DNA of 64,000 nt, from IMG/VR virus record IMGVR_UViG_3300028840_008160, positions 265,801-329,800 of that record. One strand, written 5' to 3'. Position numbers and translations under genes: made by a program. Of the stretch, positions 39,110 through 47,847 are shown piece after piece. The stretch's first letter is position 1, and each line of letters opens with the position of its first letter. The notes beneath the pieces were generated by a model. The model ran no database searches. It was not told where the DNA came from and worked only from the letters and a program-made list of their open reading frames with translations.

Positions 39110-41041
39110 ATGAATCATTTCTCACAAATTAGCAAAGAATTTTCAAAGCATGCAATTGCAAAAGTTGCTAAAAGTTGGGATGAGTTGTCATTAAATAAGC
39201 AGTATGAGTATCTAAAGAAGCATGCATCAGTGACAAAAACTGCTAGAAAATGGGATGACTTGTCCTATGATGAACAACGAGCTTATTTAAAACGGCATCC
39301 AAAAAGCAAACGTAAAATAACTGCTAGGCCTTCTGCAAGAAAAGAAGCCCCGCAAGAAGATATCAAAAAACCAAAAGTAAAACCTTCTGGCACATCTGAT
39401 ATTAATGAAAACACTTTTCCATTTTTGAAATATTATACACGCGAGTCGGCAAGACAAAAAGTGTTGAGTGCTTTGTCAGCTGCTCAAGAAGCTGTCACTA
39501 GTGGTACAGCATATTTTGATGATTTGAATACATTGTCTAAATTAATTTCAAATGATCCTAATTTACATCTTGATAGAATTATTGGAAGACTTGATAAAAG
39601 AATGTCGAAGGAAGACGTTAAATCATTGTCAAGTAAATTAGGACTCGGATGGTCGACTGATTCACCTAAGGGTGTTAAACAGGTTTGGAGATTTCTTCGT
39701 TCTGGTGAAGATTTGCAAAAAGCGACTAAACAACTTGCTAGTAATATAGCTGCAGTAAAGTTCAATGATAATGAACGACCAATAGTTAATAAATTGCAGC
39801 AGGTTCTTAAAGATTATAAGCCTCTTCTTGAATTACATGACAAATTAAAACAGACAAGAATGGAAAAAGGCTATAGGCCCAAAGAAAAGAAGCCTATTGA
39901 AGTTAATATTGATCAGCCTTTAGAAAAACGTTATCCATTTGTTGGATCTGTCGAAACACATGTTCATAAATTGAGGCAATCTGGAGATGAAAAATCTGTA
40001 GAATCATGGCAACATCGACATGACAAACTAGTTCAAGCACTCGAAGTTGCAGATGAAAGTTTGCAAGAAGGACAAATCTTCAACATTGATTATAAAGAAT
40101 TGAAAGATCGCATTAGTTCTGCTATGCCAAAAGTTGAGATCTATAATTTAGTTGAAAAACATGGTGGTGATAGACAGGCATCACCTGATATTTATTTTTA
40201 TGGACTGAATGAGTTGCCAAAAGCTGTTAGAACTGCAGAAGGATATACTAATAGTAGAAACCCTGCAATTGCTGCTGCAGCAAAAGAATGGCTAGAAATT
40301 TATCAACCATTTTTGGCTGCTAGAGAATTGTTAAAGCAACTCAAGCCTATGATTGTGAAAGGTCGTAAGCCTGATCCAAATGCACCAGAAAAATATGTTC
40401 CACCTGCAGGAGCAATAAAAGATCTTAGAAAAGTAAATGAATTATTAACAGGCATGACTGATAATATTCGTAAGCGCGTAATTGATAGTTCAAAACGTTA
40501 CTATCGTGATGTTGTTGATACGTATATAAATGAAACAAATGGAATGATATCACCTCATGAATGGGCGAAAGAAAAACGAAATAACTTTTATCCACAAGTA
40601 TTAAATGTATTAGTACATCAAACTGGTGATTATGGTAAACAAATATATAAGCCGATTGATGCAATAGATAAGAGAATTGATTTAATGGCAGAACGAGACG
40701 GAGAAGCCGTATTACAAAGATTCATTGCTAAAAATGCTGATAAGTTAGCATCTATTATTGGAGAAAAAGGTGGATTGAAACAGGCATCTTCGCTTGGTAT
40801 TCAAATTGAAGGTCATGACATCAGTGGTAAAATGAGGTTTAAGTTTGATGATGGTAGTATGTTTGATGTTTGGAGCAGTGTAGTACTTCATTTTAGTAGT
40901 GGTGGGAGACTAACTTCTGGTCAGCCATTTTATAGGTATCCAACAACTTTTCATAATATTGTTACACCAAATGGTGAAACAATGAGGGCAGCAACGGAAG
41001 AATGGATGAATGAAACGTTTACTGAATTAAAAACTGCATGA
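39110..41041 (+). CDS. leader-family protein with two W-boxes, 643 aa
   Basis: MNHFSQISKEFSKHA-IAKVA-KSWDELSLNKQYEYLKKHA-SVTKTA-RKWDDLSYDEQRAYLKRHPKSKR. Confidence 0.85.
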   Translation: MNHFSQISKEFSKHAIAKVAKSWDELSLNKQYEYLKKHASVTKTARKWDDLSYDEQRAYLKRHPKSKRKITARPSARKEAPQEDIKKPKVKPSGTSDINENTFPFLKYYTRESARQKVLSALSAAQEAVTSGTAYFDDLNTLSKLISNDPNLHLDRIIGRLDKRMSKEDVKSLSSKLGLGWSTDSPKGVKQVWRFLRSGEDLQKATKQLASNIAAVKFNDNERPIVNKLQQVLKDYKPLLELHDKLKQTRMEKGYRPKEKKPIEVNIDQPLEKRYPFVGSVETHVHKLRQSGDEKSVESWQHRHDKLVQALEVADESLQEGQIFNIDYKELKDRISSAMPKVEIYNLVEKHGGDRQASPDIYFYGLNELPKAVRTAEGYTNSRNPAIAAAAKEWLEIYQPFLAARELLKQLKPMIVKGRKPDPNAPEKYVPPAGAIKDLRKVNELLTGMTDNIRKRVIDSSKRYYRDVVDTYINETNGMISPHEWAKEKRNNFYPQVLNVLVHQTGDYGKQIYKPIDAIDKRIDLMAERDGEAVLQRFIAKNADKLASIIGEKGGLKQASSLGIQIEGHDISGKMRFKFDDGSMFDVWSSVVLHFSSGGRLTSGQPFYRYPTTFHNIVTPNGETMRAATEEWMNETFTELKTA

Positions 41042-41068
41042 GTTAATCTCTCCTTATGTTTGTGAAAG

Positions 41069-41110
41069 AAAAGCTACTCATCTTCCTTATTTGAGTAGCT
41101 TTTTCTTTTG
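41069..41110 (+). terminator. intrinsic terminator
   Basis: AAAAGCTACTCA-N11-TGAGTAGCTTTT then TCTTTT. Confidence 0.75.
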
Positions 41111-41158
41111 TTTCGATGTTAGCTATGATAATTCACATAGTGAATTTGAATCTAAGAA

Positions 41159-41182
41159 TTTCTTTGTCTTCTTGAATGACTA
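41159..41182 (+). promoter_or_regulatory. TGACTA-box promoter candidate
   Basis: TTTCTTTG-TCTTCTTGAA-TGACTA; nearly identical to 14681-14704. Confidence 0.65.
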
Positions 41183-41218
41183 TTATTCAATAATAAGAGT
41201 TTTATCAAGGACTAAGTT

Positions 41219-42289
41219 ATGAACATATTGTTTGTAGGTGGCACGTTTGATGATACTGGTGGAAAAGCATCTGGCTATATGACAAAACTTAGCAGCGCAG
41301 TTCATCGAATTTTTCAGTCACAAATGAAAGACGGTGATTCGTTTGTAATACAAAACGGCGGTAATTATAATGACTTGTCAGCTATAAGTTGCGCATGTGA
41401 TCTTTTATTTTGGTTTCCTAACATACCAAATGATAAACCCAAAATTGTTGACAACATTAAGATGAGCTATCCCAAAATGATTTTGGTCGAATCTAAAAAT
41501 AATAAGCAGGAAAAGTACACACATTTTCATCTTATTGCTAGAATGTTGAAGCACAAAACTAATTTAATGATCGAGTTTACTGGAACACGTGTAACATGCG
41601 CTTCAATTCTAGATCCTTTAGGTAACGCATTTACAATGCATGATGATAATATTGATTCAGTGGCAGTAAGATTAGCGTCACGTTGTATAGAATTATTATC
41701 ATTTACTCGAGTGAAAAGCGTTAGTATAGGTGGCGCGATACAATGTGATGATATTCCAGAATTTTTTAAAATTGTTAGAGAACGATCAGACACATTTCAT
41801 GAACTTATACATGCAGCTAATACGTCAAGATTTTTGGGTAACATATCATTTAGATGCGAATCAGGATTTCCTTCTCTTAGACGAGGTGATTTGATATTTG
41901 TATCGCAACGAAACGTTGACAAGCGACAAATTTCTGCTGAATCAATGGTAGCTGTATTAATGACTTCAACGCCAGATGTTCGATATTATGGACATACTAA
42001 GCCATCTGTTGACACGCCTATTCAACGTTTGTTGTATGATTATTATCCAAATGTCAACTACATGTTGCACTCGCATGTATATGTTGACGGTATGATGATG
42101 ACACAGAATGTCATTCCTTGTGGAGCGATAGAAGAGTTTCTAGAAGTTATATCATTGAATACCAATCATGAATCATCTGATTTTTGCGTTAATTTGAAAG
42201 GTCATGGATCACTTGTGTTAGCAAACAGTCTTGCCTATTTGAATCACGTGACATATATAGCAAGACCTTTTCCAGAAGCGCAAATATGA
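41219..42289 (+). CDS. class II aldolase/adducin domain protein with N-terminal alpha/beta domain
   Basis: KPSVDTPIQ..LY...MLHSHVY...PCGAIEE...NLKGHGSLV. Confidence 0.75.
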   Translation: MNILFVGGTFDDTGGKASGYMTKLSSAVHRIFQSQMKDGDSFVIQNGGNYNDLSAISCACDLLFWFPNIPNDKPKIVDNIKMSYPKMILVESKNNKQEKYTHFHLIARMLKHKTNLMIEFTGTRVTCASILDPLGNAFTMHDDNIDSVAVRLASRCIELLSFTRVKSVSIGGAIQCDDIPEFFKIVRERSDTFHELIHAANTSRFLGNISFRCESGFPSLRRGDLIFVSQRNVDKRQISAESMVAVLMTSTPDVRYYGHTKPSVDTPIQRLLYDYYPNVNYMLHSHVYVDGMMMTQNVIPCGAIEEFLEVISLNTNHESSDFCVNLKGHGSLVLANSLAYLNHVTYIARPFPEAQI

Positions 42290-42480
42290 AATTTGTTAAG
42301 GAAATCATAAGAAAACATAAATTGAGAAAGATGAATCAGCTAATTAGAGATACTGAAAACTTTATAGCATGTGCAGATAGTGATAATGCTCTGTCATTAG
42401 CTAGAAACTGTCGCAAACGAAGATCTGAATTAGTTGATTTGTTAGAAAAGCTCGAACAAAAGAAACGAGAACTAGAATGA
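42286..42480 (+). CDS. hypothetical protein
   Basis: 64 aa ATGA-coupled ORF. Confidence 0.5.
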   Translation: MKFVKEIIRKHKLRKMNQLIRDTENFIACADSDNALSLARNCRKRRSELVDLLEKLEQKKRELE

Positions 42481-43640
42481 AGACAGCAATTTACGCTTTG
42501 TCAGCTGATCCAATTACATATGGCCATATCAATATTGTTGATCGAGCATTAGCAGTATTCGATAAAGTTGTTGTAGCTATTGGAAATAATCAGACCAAAA
42601 AGTATACGTTTACATTGGATGAGAGAGAACAACTTGCAAAAGCTGTTTTTTCTGGTAAAAAGTATGAAAATCGTATTGAGGTTGCATCATTTAGAGGCTT
42701 ATTAGTTGATTTTGCGTTTGAACAAAGCATCACGACGATCATTCGCGGTGTGCGAAATACGACTGATTTTACTTTTGAACAGGTGTTAAATGATGTTAAT
42801 CAGTCACAACGTCTTGGTGTAGACATTTATATACTTATAGCAGATCAAACATTGTCACATGTGAGTTCGAGTGCTGTTAAAGAATTACAAGCTAATTCTG
42901 GTAAGAATATTTTAGACTATGTACCTTTAGCAATCAAAGAAGCTTTAGAGATAAGAATAAGTAAACAATTTAGAATCGGGATTACTGGCTCAATTGGTGC
43001 TGGCAAATCATTTGTGTCTAAAAAATTGCGAAAGTATAATAATGATATTAAACATATCAATATCGATGATATTGGCAGATACATTGTTACTGAGTCACAA
43101 CATCCAATAGATGTTCGAACTAGAGAGCAATTAGCTAAAATGTTAAATCTTAGTTTACCGATGTCATTAGATACATTAACTAATTGCATCTTTGGCAATG
43201 CTAATGCATTGCATACATTTAATGAACTTATGCAGGAACCTATTTTATTGAAATTAAGACAACAATTATTTGGTCTTAAAGGCATTATACTTATCGAGTC
43301 TGCAATTTTCGCAGAAACTCATACATCTCATGTTGTCAACAATAATATGATATTAGTAAGCGCATCTAATGATGTTTGTTACGAACGACTTAAATCTAGA
43401 TACAAATTTTTAGCTGATATAAGTGATTCAAAAATAGATGAAGACATTGTACGCAGAATGAGTAGTCAATTTTGTACTGATGACAAACGACGTAGTTTAG
43501 AAGCTGACATCGCAAAAGCAGGACACGGAACAATTATTGATTTTTGTAATGATAAACCATATCAAAGTGATTTTGAAGATTTACTTGTGCGAGTTGAAAA
43601 ATTATCTAAATTGAAAATAACAGGTGATGTAAATGAGTAG
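42477..43640 (+). CDS. coaD: fused phosphopantetheine adenylyltransferase (CoaD) and dephospho-CoA kinase (CoaE)
   Basis: DPITYGHINIV (HIGH-type), RGVR, VSSSAVKEL; then IGITGSIGAGKS P-loop and IDDIGR, IESAI. Confidence 0.85.
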   Translation: MKTAIYALSADPITYGHINIVDRALAVFDKVVVAIGNNQTKKYTFTLDEREQLAKAVFSGKKYENRIEVASFRGLLVDFAFEQSITTIIRGVRNTTDFTFEQVLNDVNQSQRLGVDIYILIADQTLSHVSSSAVKELQANSGKNILDYVPLAIKEALEIRISKQFRIGITGSIGAGKSFVSKKLRKYNNDIKHINIDDIGRYIVTESQHPIDVRTREQLAKMLNLSLPMSLDTLTNCIFGNANALHTFNELMQEPILLKLRQQLFGLKGIILIESAIFAETHTSHVVNNNMILVSASNDVCYERLKSRYKFLADISDSKIDEDIVRRMSSQFCTDDKRRSLEADIAKAGHGTIIDFCNDKPYQSDFEDLLVRVEKLSKLKITGDVNE

Positions 43641-43765
43641 TAATATTTTTAAATGTAAAAAAACATGGTTGGTCTTTATTTGTTCAAAAAGATAATTCGC
43701 GCCCTTGTAACATATATGCGTGTTTAGCTTGTAAAGAAGAAAAAGAAAAAAGAAAGAAGACCTTC

Positions 43766-44158
43766 ATGAAATACGGTCTTGATTTTCATGGTGTTATAGA
43801 CACATTTCCACAGCAGTTTTGTGATTTTAGTCATACTATGGCTAAACAAGGTCATGAAATTCATGTCATTACTGGAAGCATGTTTAACGAGAAGTTCAAA
43901 GCTAAGTTAGATAGTTTTAATATTCATTATGACAAAATCTTTTCTGTGTCTAATTATTTGATTGCAGAACACAGAAAAGTCCATTTTTCTAGCCCTGACA
44001 ATCCATGGTTTGACGAAACCGAATGGCGACAACAAAAAGGGTTATATTGTAAACGTGAAAAGATTGATATGCATTTTGATGATGGAGAAGAGTATGCTCC
44101 ATATTTTGAACCACCAACAATATTTATGTTGGTAAAACCACCGATTGTAAGATCATGA
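43766..44158 (+). CDS. HAD-superfamily-like small hydrolase
   Basis: GLDFHGVI, IHVITG, HFDD motifs. Confidence 0.6.
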   Translation: MKYGLDFHGVIDTFPQQFCDFSHTMAKQGHEIHVITGSMFNEKFKAKLDSFNIHYDKIFSVSNYLIAEHRKVHFSSPDNPWFDETEWRQQKGLYCKREKIDMHFDDGEEYAPYFEPPTIFMLVKPPIVRS

Positions 44159-44589
44159 AAATTGTAGTTAATAACAGAAAGGCTTTTCATGACTACAGTG
44201 TGATTGACACGATCGAAGCCGGTATTGAATTGGTTGGCACAGAAGTCAAGTCAATTCGTGTAGGTAAAATCAACTTAATGGACAGTTATGCGCAATGCTT
44301 AAATGGTGAAGCTTACATCATACATTTGCATATCAGTCCATACAAACAAGGTTATGATAATCATGACCCATATCGAAAGCGCAAATTATTATTGCGCAAA
44401 CGTGAAATATCAAAATTGAAATCTGATATAGATCAGAAAGGTCTCACTCTAATTCCACTCAAAGTGTATTTTAAAGGACAACGTGTTAAGATTGAGTTGG
44501 GATTGTGTCGAGGCAAAAAGAAATATGACAAACGAGAATCGATCAGAGCAAAAGAAACAAAACGACAACTTTCTAGGTTAGGAGTTTGA
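44155..44589 (+). CDS. smpB: SsrA-binding protein SmpB
   Basis: NRKAFHDY...EAGIELVGTEVKSIR...RKLLL...GLTLIPLKVYF...GKKKYDKRE. Confidence 0.95.
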   Translation: MKIVVNNRKAFHDYSVIDTIEAGIELVGTEVKSIRVGKINLMDSYAQCLNGEAYIIHLHISPYKQGYDNHDPYRKRKLLLRKREISKLKSDIDQKGLTLIPLKVYFKGQRVKIELGLCRGKKKYDKRESIRAKETKRQLSRLGV

Positions 44590-44590
44590 T

Positions 44591-44794
44591 ATGCTTGGTA
44601 GAGTAGTTGTTTGGACAGTACTCGGTGGAAAAGGTTTCGCATTAGGGCCTATTTTGTTAGTAGGAGCTGCTGTTGGAGCATTACTTACTGGTTTTGGATA
44701 TTTAATGGGAAAAAAATCAGCAATAAATGAGTGTGAAGATGAAAACGAAGTCGAAGTTGACGATGACGACAATACACCTCACGGTATTGGTTAA
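44591..44794 (+). CDS. small Gly-rich membrane protein with acidic tail
   Basis: GPILLVGAAVGALLTGFGYLMG then ECEDENEVEVDDDD. Confidence 0.6.
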   Translation: MLGRVVVWTVLGGKGFALGPILLVGAAVGALLTGFGYLMGKKSAINECEDENEVEVDDDDNTPHGIG

Positions 44795-44813
44795 ACGTTC
44801 GTCTCTGTATAGT

Positions 44814-44841
44814 ATGGCCGGATTTTCCGGCCATTTTTTTT
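44814..44841 (+). terminator. intrinsic terminator
   Basis: ATGGCCGG-ATTTT-CCGGCCAT then T run. Confidence 0.9.
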
Positions 44842-44843
44842 GA

Positions 44844-44867
44844 TAACTACGACAATTAGATTGATTA
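44844..44867 (+). promoter_or_regulatory. TGACTA-box promoter candidate
   Basis: TAACTACG-ACAATTAGAT-TGATTA, ATG 7 nt downstream (44875). Confidence 0.6.
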
Positions 44868-44874
44868 CTCTTCT

Positions 44875-45066
44875 ATGACATCAAAAGATGAATATGTAAA
44901 AGCAGCTGAAACTCGAATTGTCCAAACTGCAAAGCAAATTGGCGCAGAAATTCCTGCGTTTGTAAGAACTGCAATTTTGGTCGAGCTTAAAACTTTATAT
45001 GACATTGGACAAAGATCTGTTTCTGAAAGGAACGATTCAGATGCTACAACCTCTTCGATTGAATGA
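44875..45066 (+). CDS. hypothetical protein, predicted leaderless
   Basis: no SD; ATG 7 nt after box. Confidence 0.55.
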   Translation: MTSKDEYVKAAETRIVQTAKQIGAEIPAFVRTAILVELKTLYDIGQRSVSERNDSDATTSSIE

Positions 45067-45295
45067 TCGCGCACTCAAGAATCTTGGGTTTGCAGATGAC
45101 GATATTCGAAATTTCTCTGAAATTGCTCGATGGGTTGATTTTGTCGAGACGATTGGCACTGGCACGAGTTTATCGAATGCTTTTAGAATTGTAGCTAAAG
45201 GTCGAGAAATGGCCGACAGAATTAGATCATTAAATTCATTATTAGAAAGACTTGGGATACCGAAAGTAGATGAAGCGTCAACGAGCGAACAATGA
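44999..45295 (+). CDS. hypothetical protein (start uncertain)
   Basis: open frame, helical composition. Confidence 0.45.
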   Translation: MTLDKDLFLKGTIQMLQPLRLNDRALKNLGFADDDIRNFSEIARWVDFVETIGTGTSLSNAFRIVAKGREMADRIRSLNSLLERLGIPKVDEASTSEQ

Positions 45296-45410
45296 GTGTT
45301 TATGTTAAATCCAGATATCAATATTGATAGTAACTCTACACGAAGAAACTGCTGAATAGATCAAATTTTGATAATATAACTATTTCTTTACGATTGAAGG
45401 TTAATGTTAA

Positions 45411-45686
45411 ATGAATGTGCCTCGCAAATGTAGTCTTTCAACAAATCACAGTCCAAAAGGTCGTAAAGCTCCTCACAAAGGTCATCCGAAAGGTCCGTGG
45501 CGATTTGAGAATGGGATGTCATTAAGTCAACGAATTACACAGATGAAAATTGATGAAGTTCTTAAAATACGTGCTTATGGATATAAATATAGAACTGTAT
45601 TCAAAATTGCTAAAGATCACGATTTTAAAATTGCTACTAGACTTGTTGGCGATGGTAAATATGTTAACATTTACAGACTTACTTGA
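45411..45686 (+). CDS. small basic hypothetical protein
   Basis: 91 aa, Lys/Arg-rich. Confidence 0.55.
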   Translation: MNVPRKCSLSTNHSPKGRKAPHKGHPKGPWRFENGMSLSQRITQMKIDEVLKIRAYGYKYRTVFKIAKDHDFKIATRLVGDGKYVNIYRLT

Positions 45687-45772
45687 AAACAAAAATATGA
45701 GTAAATATTCTTTGATACACGTGATTAACGACGACAAAGAATTTACAAAGTATTTTAACTGGCTATTTACAC

Positions 45773-46783
45773 ATGCAGAAAACGCATTTTGAACGATTTA
45801 AATCGTCACCATTTTGGTATTTGTTTGAAGATCAATTCAAACAATGCGAAATGTTTGACACTAATAAATATCCAATTTCTGAAGTTGCACTTTACAAAGT
45901 GTTTGCTCAAAATAGCACTAATTCATCACTTGATCTCTCATTAGCGATGCATTTATATCATGCATGGAAAGATGGTAATTTTTATGAGCTTACACCTGCT
46001 TTATGCGATGTTTTAACAAAAACTGAATATAGAGATGTTGACACACGATTTATTAGAGTGCCAGAAAGGTCAATGTATTTATCATTACCGAAAGGCAATG
46101 GTCTTGTTGTTCCTTGTAATCAAACAGGGCGATTACACAATGCTGAAGGTATTTATCTAACTTTTCTTGAATTTGAACAGCCATCAACAATTCTTCTAGG
46201 TAAACAACATCGCGAGATAAAAGATGTTATTAAACATATCTCAGTTATGGTTGTTGGTGAAGAAATTGGTTTGCATAATGATGCATTAATCTATTTTAAT
46301 TTATGTTTTTGGCAAGGCAAAGTTAGTGATTCGATTGAAAAGAATATCGAAATGACCATAGGTTTCAATAATGATATTTTAGTATACATACGACAAGCAT
46401 TTAATTTGATTGCTAAAGTTTTACTTTACATTGAATGTTCAAACACTGTGTTAAAGCAGATTGCTGGTGTTGATATAAATTCAATATTGGCGAAGAAAAA
46501 GAATAAATCAAAAATCAGGAAACAATTCAAAAAACTGGATAGACTATCTGTACTATTACACAAACAAATTGATGTAACAACAATAAATAAACATTCTTCT
46601 AGCTCGTCATCTGGGGTTGAGACTGGTAGAAAAGTATTATTAGAATCTGTAGCTCCGCATTTTAAAATGCAACATTTTGGTCCACAAAACACTTTAGTAA
46701 AAATTATTCATGTAGATGGTTATGAACGAGGTGAACTTGCAGGACAAATCAAATCAACAAAGAAAAAACATCTTATCAAATAA
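45773..46783 (+). CDS. conserved phage hypothetical protein (start uncertain)
   Basis: RVPERSMYLSLP...VAPHFKMQHFGP...KIIHVDGYERG. Confidence 0.65.
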   Translation: MQKTHFERFKSSPFWYLFEDQFKQCEMFDTNKYPISEVALYKVFAQNSTNSSLDLSLAMHLYHAWKDGNFYELTPALCDVLTKTEYRDVDTRFIRVPERSMYLSLPKGNGLVVPCNQTGRLHNAEGIYLTFLEFEQPSTILLGKQHREIKDVIKHISVMVVGEEIGLHNDALIYFNLCFWQGKVSDSIEKNIEMTIGFNNDILVYIRQAFNLIAKVLLYIECSNTVLKQIAGVDINSILAKKKNKSKIRKQFKKLDRLSVLLHKQIDVTTINKHSSSSSSGVETGRKVLLESVAPHFKMQHFGPQNTLVKIIHVDGYERGELAGQIKSTKKKHLIK

Positions 46784-46812
46784 TCTATGTAAATTCATTT
46801 GATTACTTTATC

Positions 46813-46965
46813 AGGTTGCTAAACTCGGACAGTATTGCTGTCCTCTTACATAGTAACCTTACACTTATCAACAGCTTTTGAACTTAAGCTGGTAAGCTGT
46901 GAGGAAAATTATGCAAGAGGGCAGCATTTCTTTTGCCCTCATTCAATTCATTTAAGAGGAGGGCA
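46813..46965 (+). other. multi-hairpin intergenic element with alternative pairings
   Basis: AGGTTGCTA/TAGTAACCT enclosing GGACAG/CTGTCC; ACAGCTT with AAGCTG or AAGCTGT; TGCCCTC with either of two GAGGGCA. Confidence 0.45.
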
Positions 46966-46967
46966 TT

Positions 46968-47294
46968 ATGTGTTCTGTCGTTGATCGTCCGCTTCATTCA
47001 CTCACGCTCAGAGATGTTGCTCTTGTTTTAGCTTGGGCAATTGATGAAATTCAAAGACCTCTAAAGTATAAGAATATATCAAAAAGGATAAAAAGAATTA
47101 GAAAAGGTACTTTGCGCTATAAAATCTATTATATTCTTAAAGCACATGGGCCTCTTAAACTTCAACAAATTTACAAATTTCTTGCTGCTAATACGCCAAA
47201 CAAGCAAGCTGCTATTAGATGCGAGCTTAATAAAGCAGAAAATAGAAAAGGTAGTACAAAAAGAATTGCTAGGGCAACATATAGTATAAGATGA
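46968..47294 (+). CDS. winged-helix-like DNA-binding protein
   Basis: LRYKIYYILKAHGPLKLQQIYKFL...IRCELNK; SD GAGGAGG. Confidence 0.55.
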   Translation: MCSVVDRPLHSLTLRDVALVLAWAIDEIQRPLKYKNISKRIKRIRKGTLRYKIYYILKAHGPLKLQQIYKFLAANTPNKQAAIRCELNKAENRKGSTKRIARATYSIR

Positions 47295-47836
47295 TTTGTC
47301 GACGTTGTAAAAAAAGAAAACGACTATCTAGTTTTAATGAGTCAGTCATTAAAAATAGAAAGTTTATTTGTAAAGATTGTCTTAAATTAGCGAGATATAA
47401 TTATAAGAAAAATGTGAATTATGTTATTATTGGCATATATAACCATCAACAACATTCTGGTATAAAAGTTTGTTATTCGTTGGAAGAACTAGGTGTTTGG
47501 CTAACACACAATCAAAAGTTTTTAGATTTATATTCTAAGTGGATTGCTTTTGATTGTACTAGGTCATTAAAACCAATTGTCGCCAGAATTGATACTAGCA
47601 AACCGTTTGCAATAAATAATTTGTATGTAACAACATTGAAAAATCATAAGTTAGAAATAAGTAAACAGCGTTCAAGACCAGTTGCGCAAATTGATAATCG
47701 TGGTCATATAGTTGCTAAATTTACAAATGCTAGAGTTGCTGCTAGAATGCTTGGTTCTAAATTTTATGCTAATATTCATGATTGTTGTAGAAAACGTAGA
47801 GCAAAAGCTTTGGGTTATCGTTGGCAATATATCTAA
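47291..47836 (+). CDS. HNH-like homing endonuclease with NUMOD1 domain
   Basis: CRRC...CKDC; PIVARID...NL (degenerate beta-beta-alpha); C-terminal RPVAQID..G..VAKF.NA..AA...IHDCC...A.GYRWQY. Confidence 0.65.
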   Translation: MICRRCKKRKRLSSFNESVIKNRKFICKDCLKLARYNYKKNVNYVIIGIYNHQQHSGIKVCYSLEELGVWLTHNQKFLDLYSKWIAFDCTRSLKPIVARIDTSKPFAINNLYVTTLKNHKLEISKQRSRPVAQIDNRGHIVAKFTNARVAARMLGSKFYANIHDCCRKRRAKALGYRWQYI

Positions 47837-47847
47837 GGAGGATAAAT

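Noticed and set aside
44590-46970. tmRNA or tRNA genes near smpB
   Set aside because: No GGGG..TCCACCA ends, T-loop GTTCGA motif or cloverleaf recognised by eye; ARAGORN or tRNAscan would be needed to exclude them firmly.
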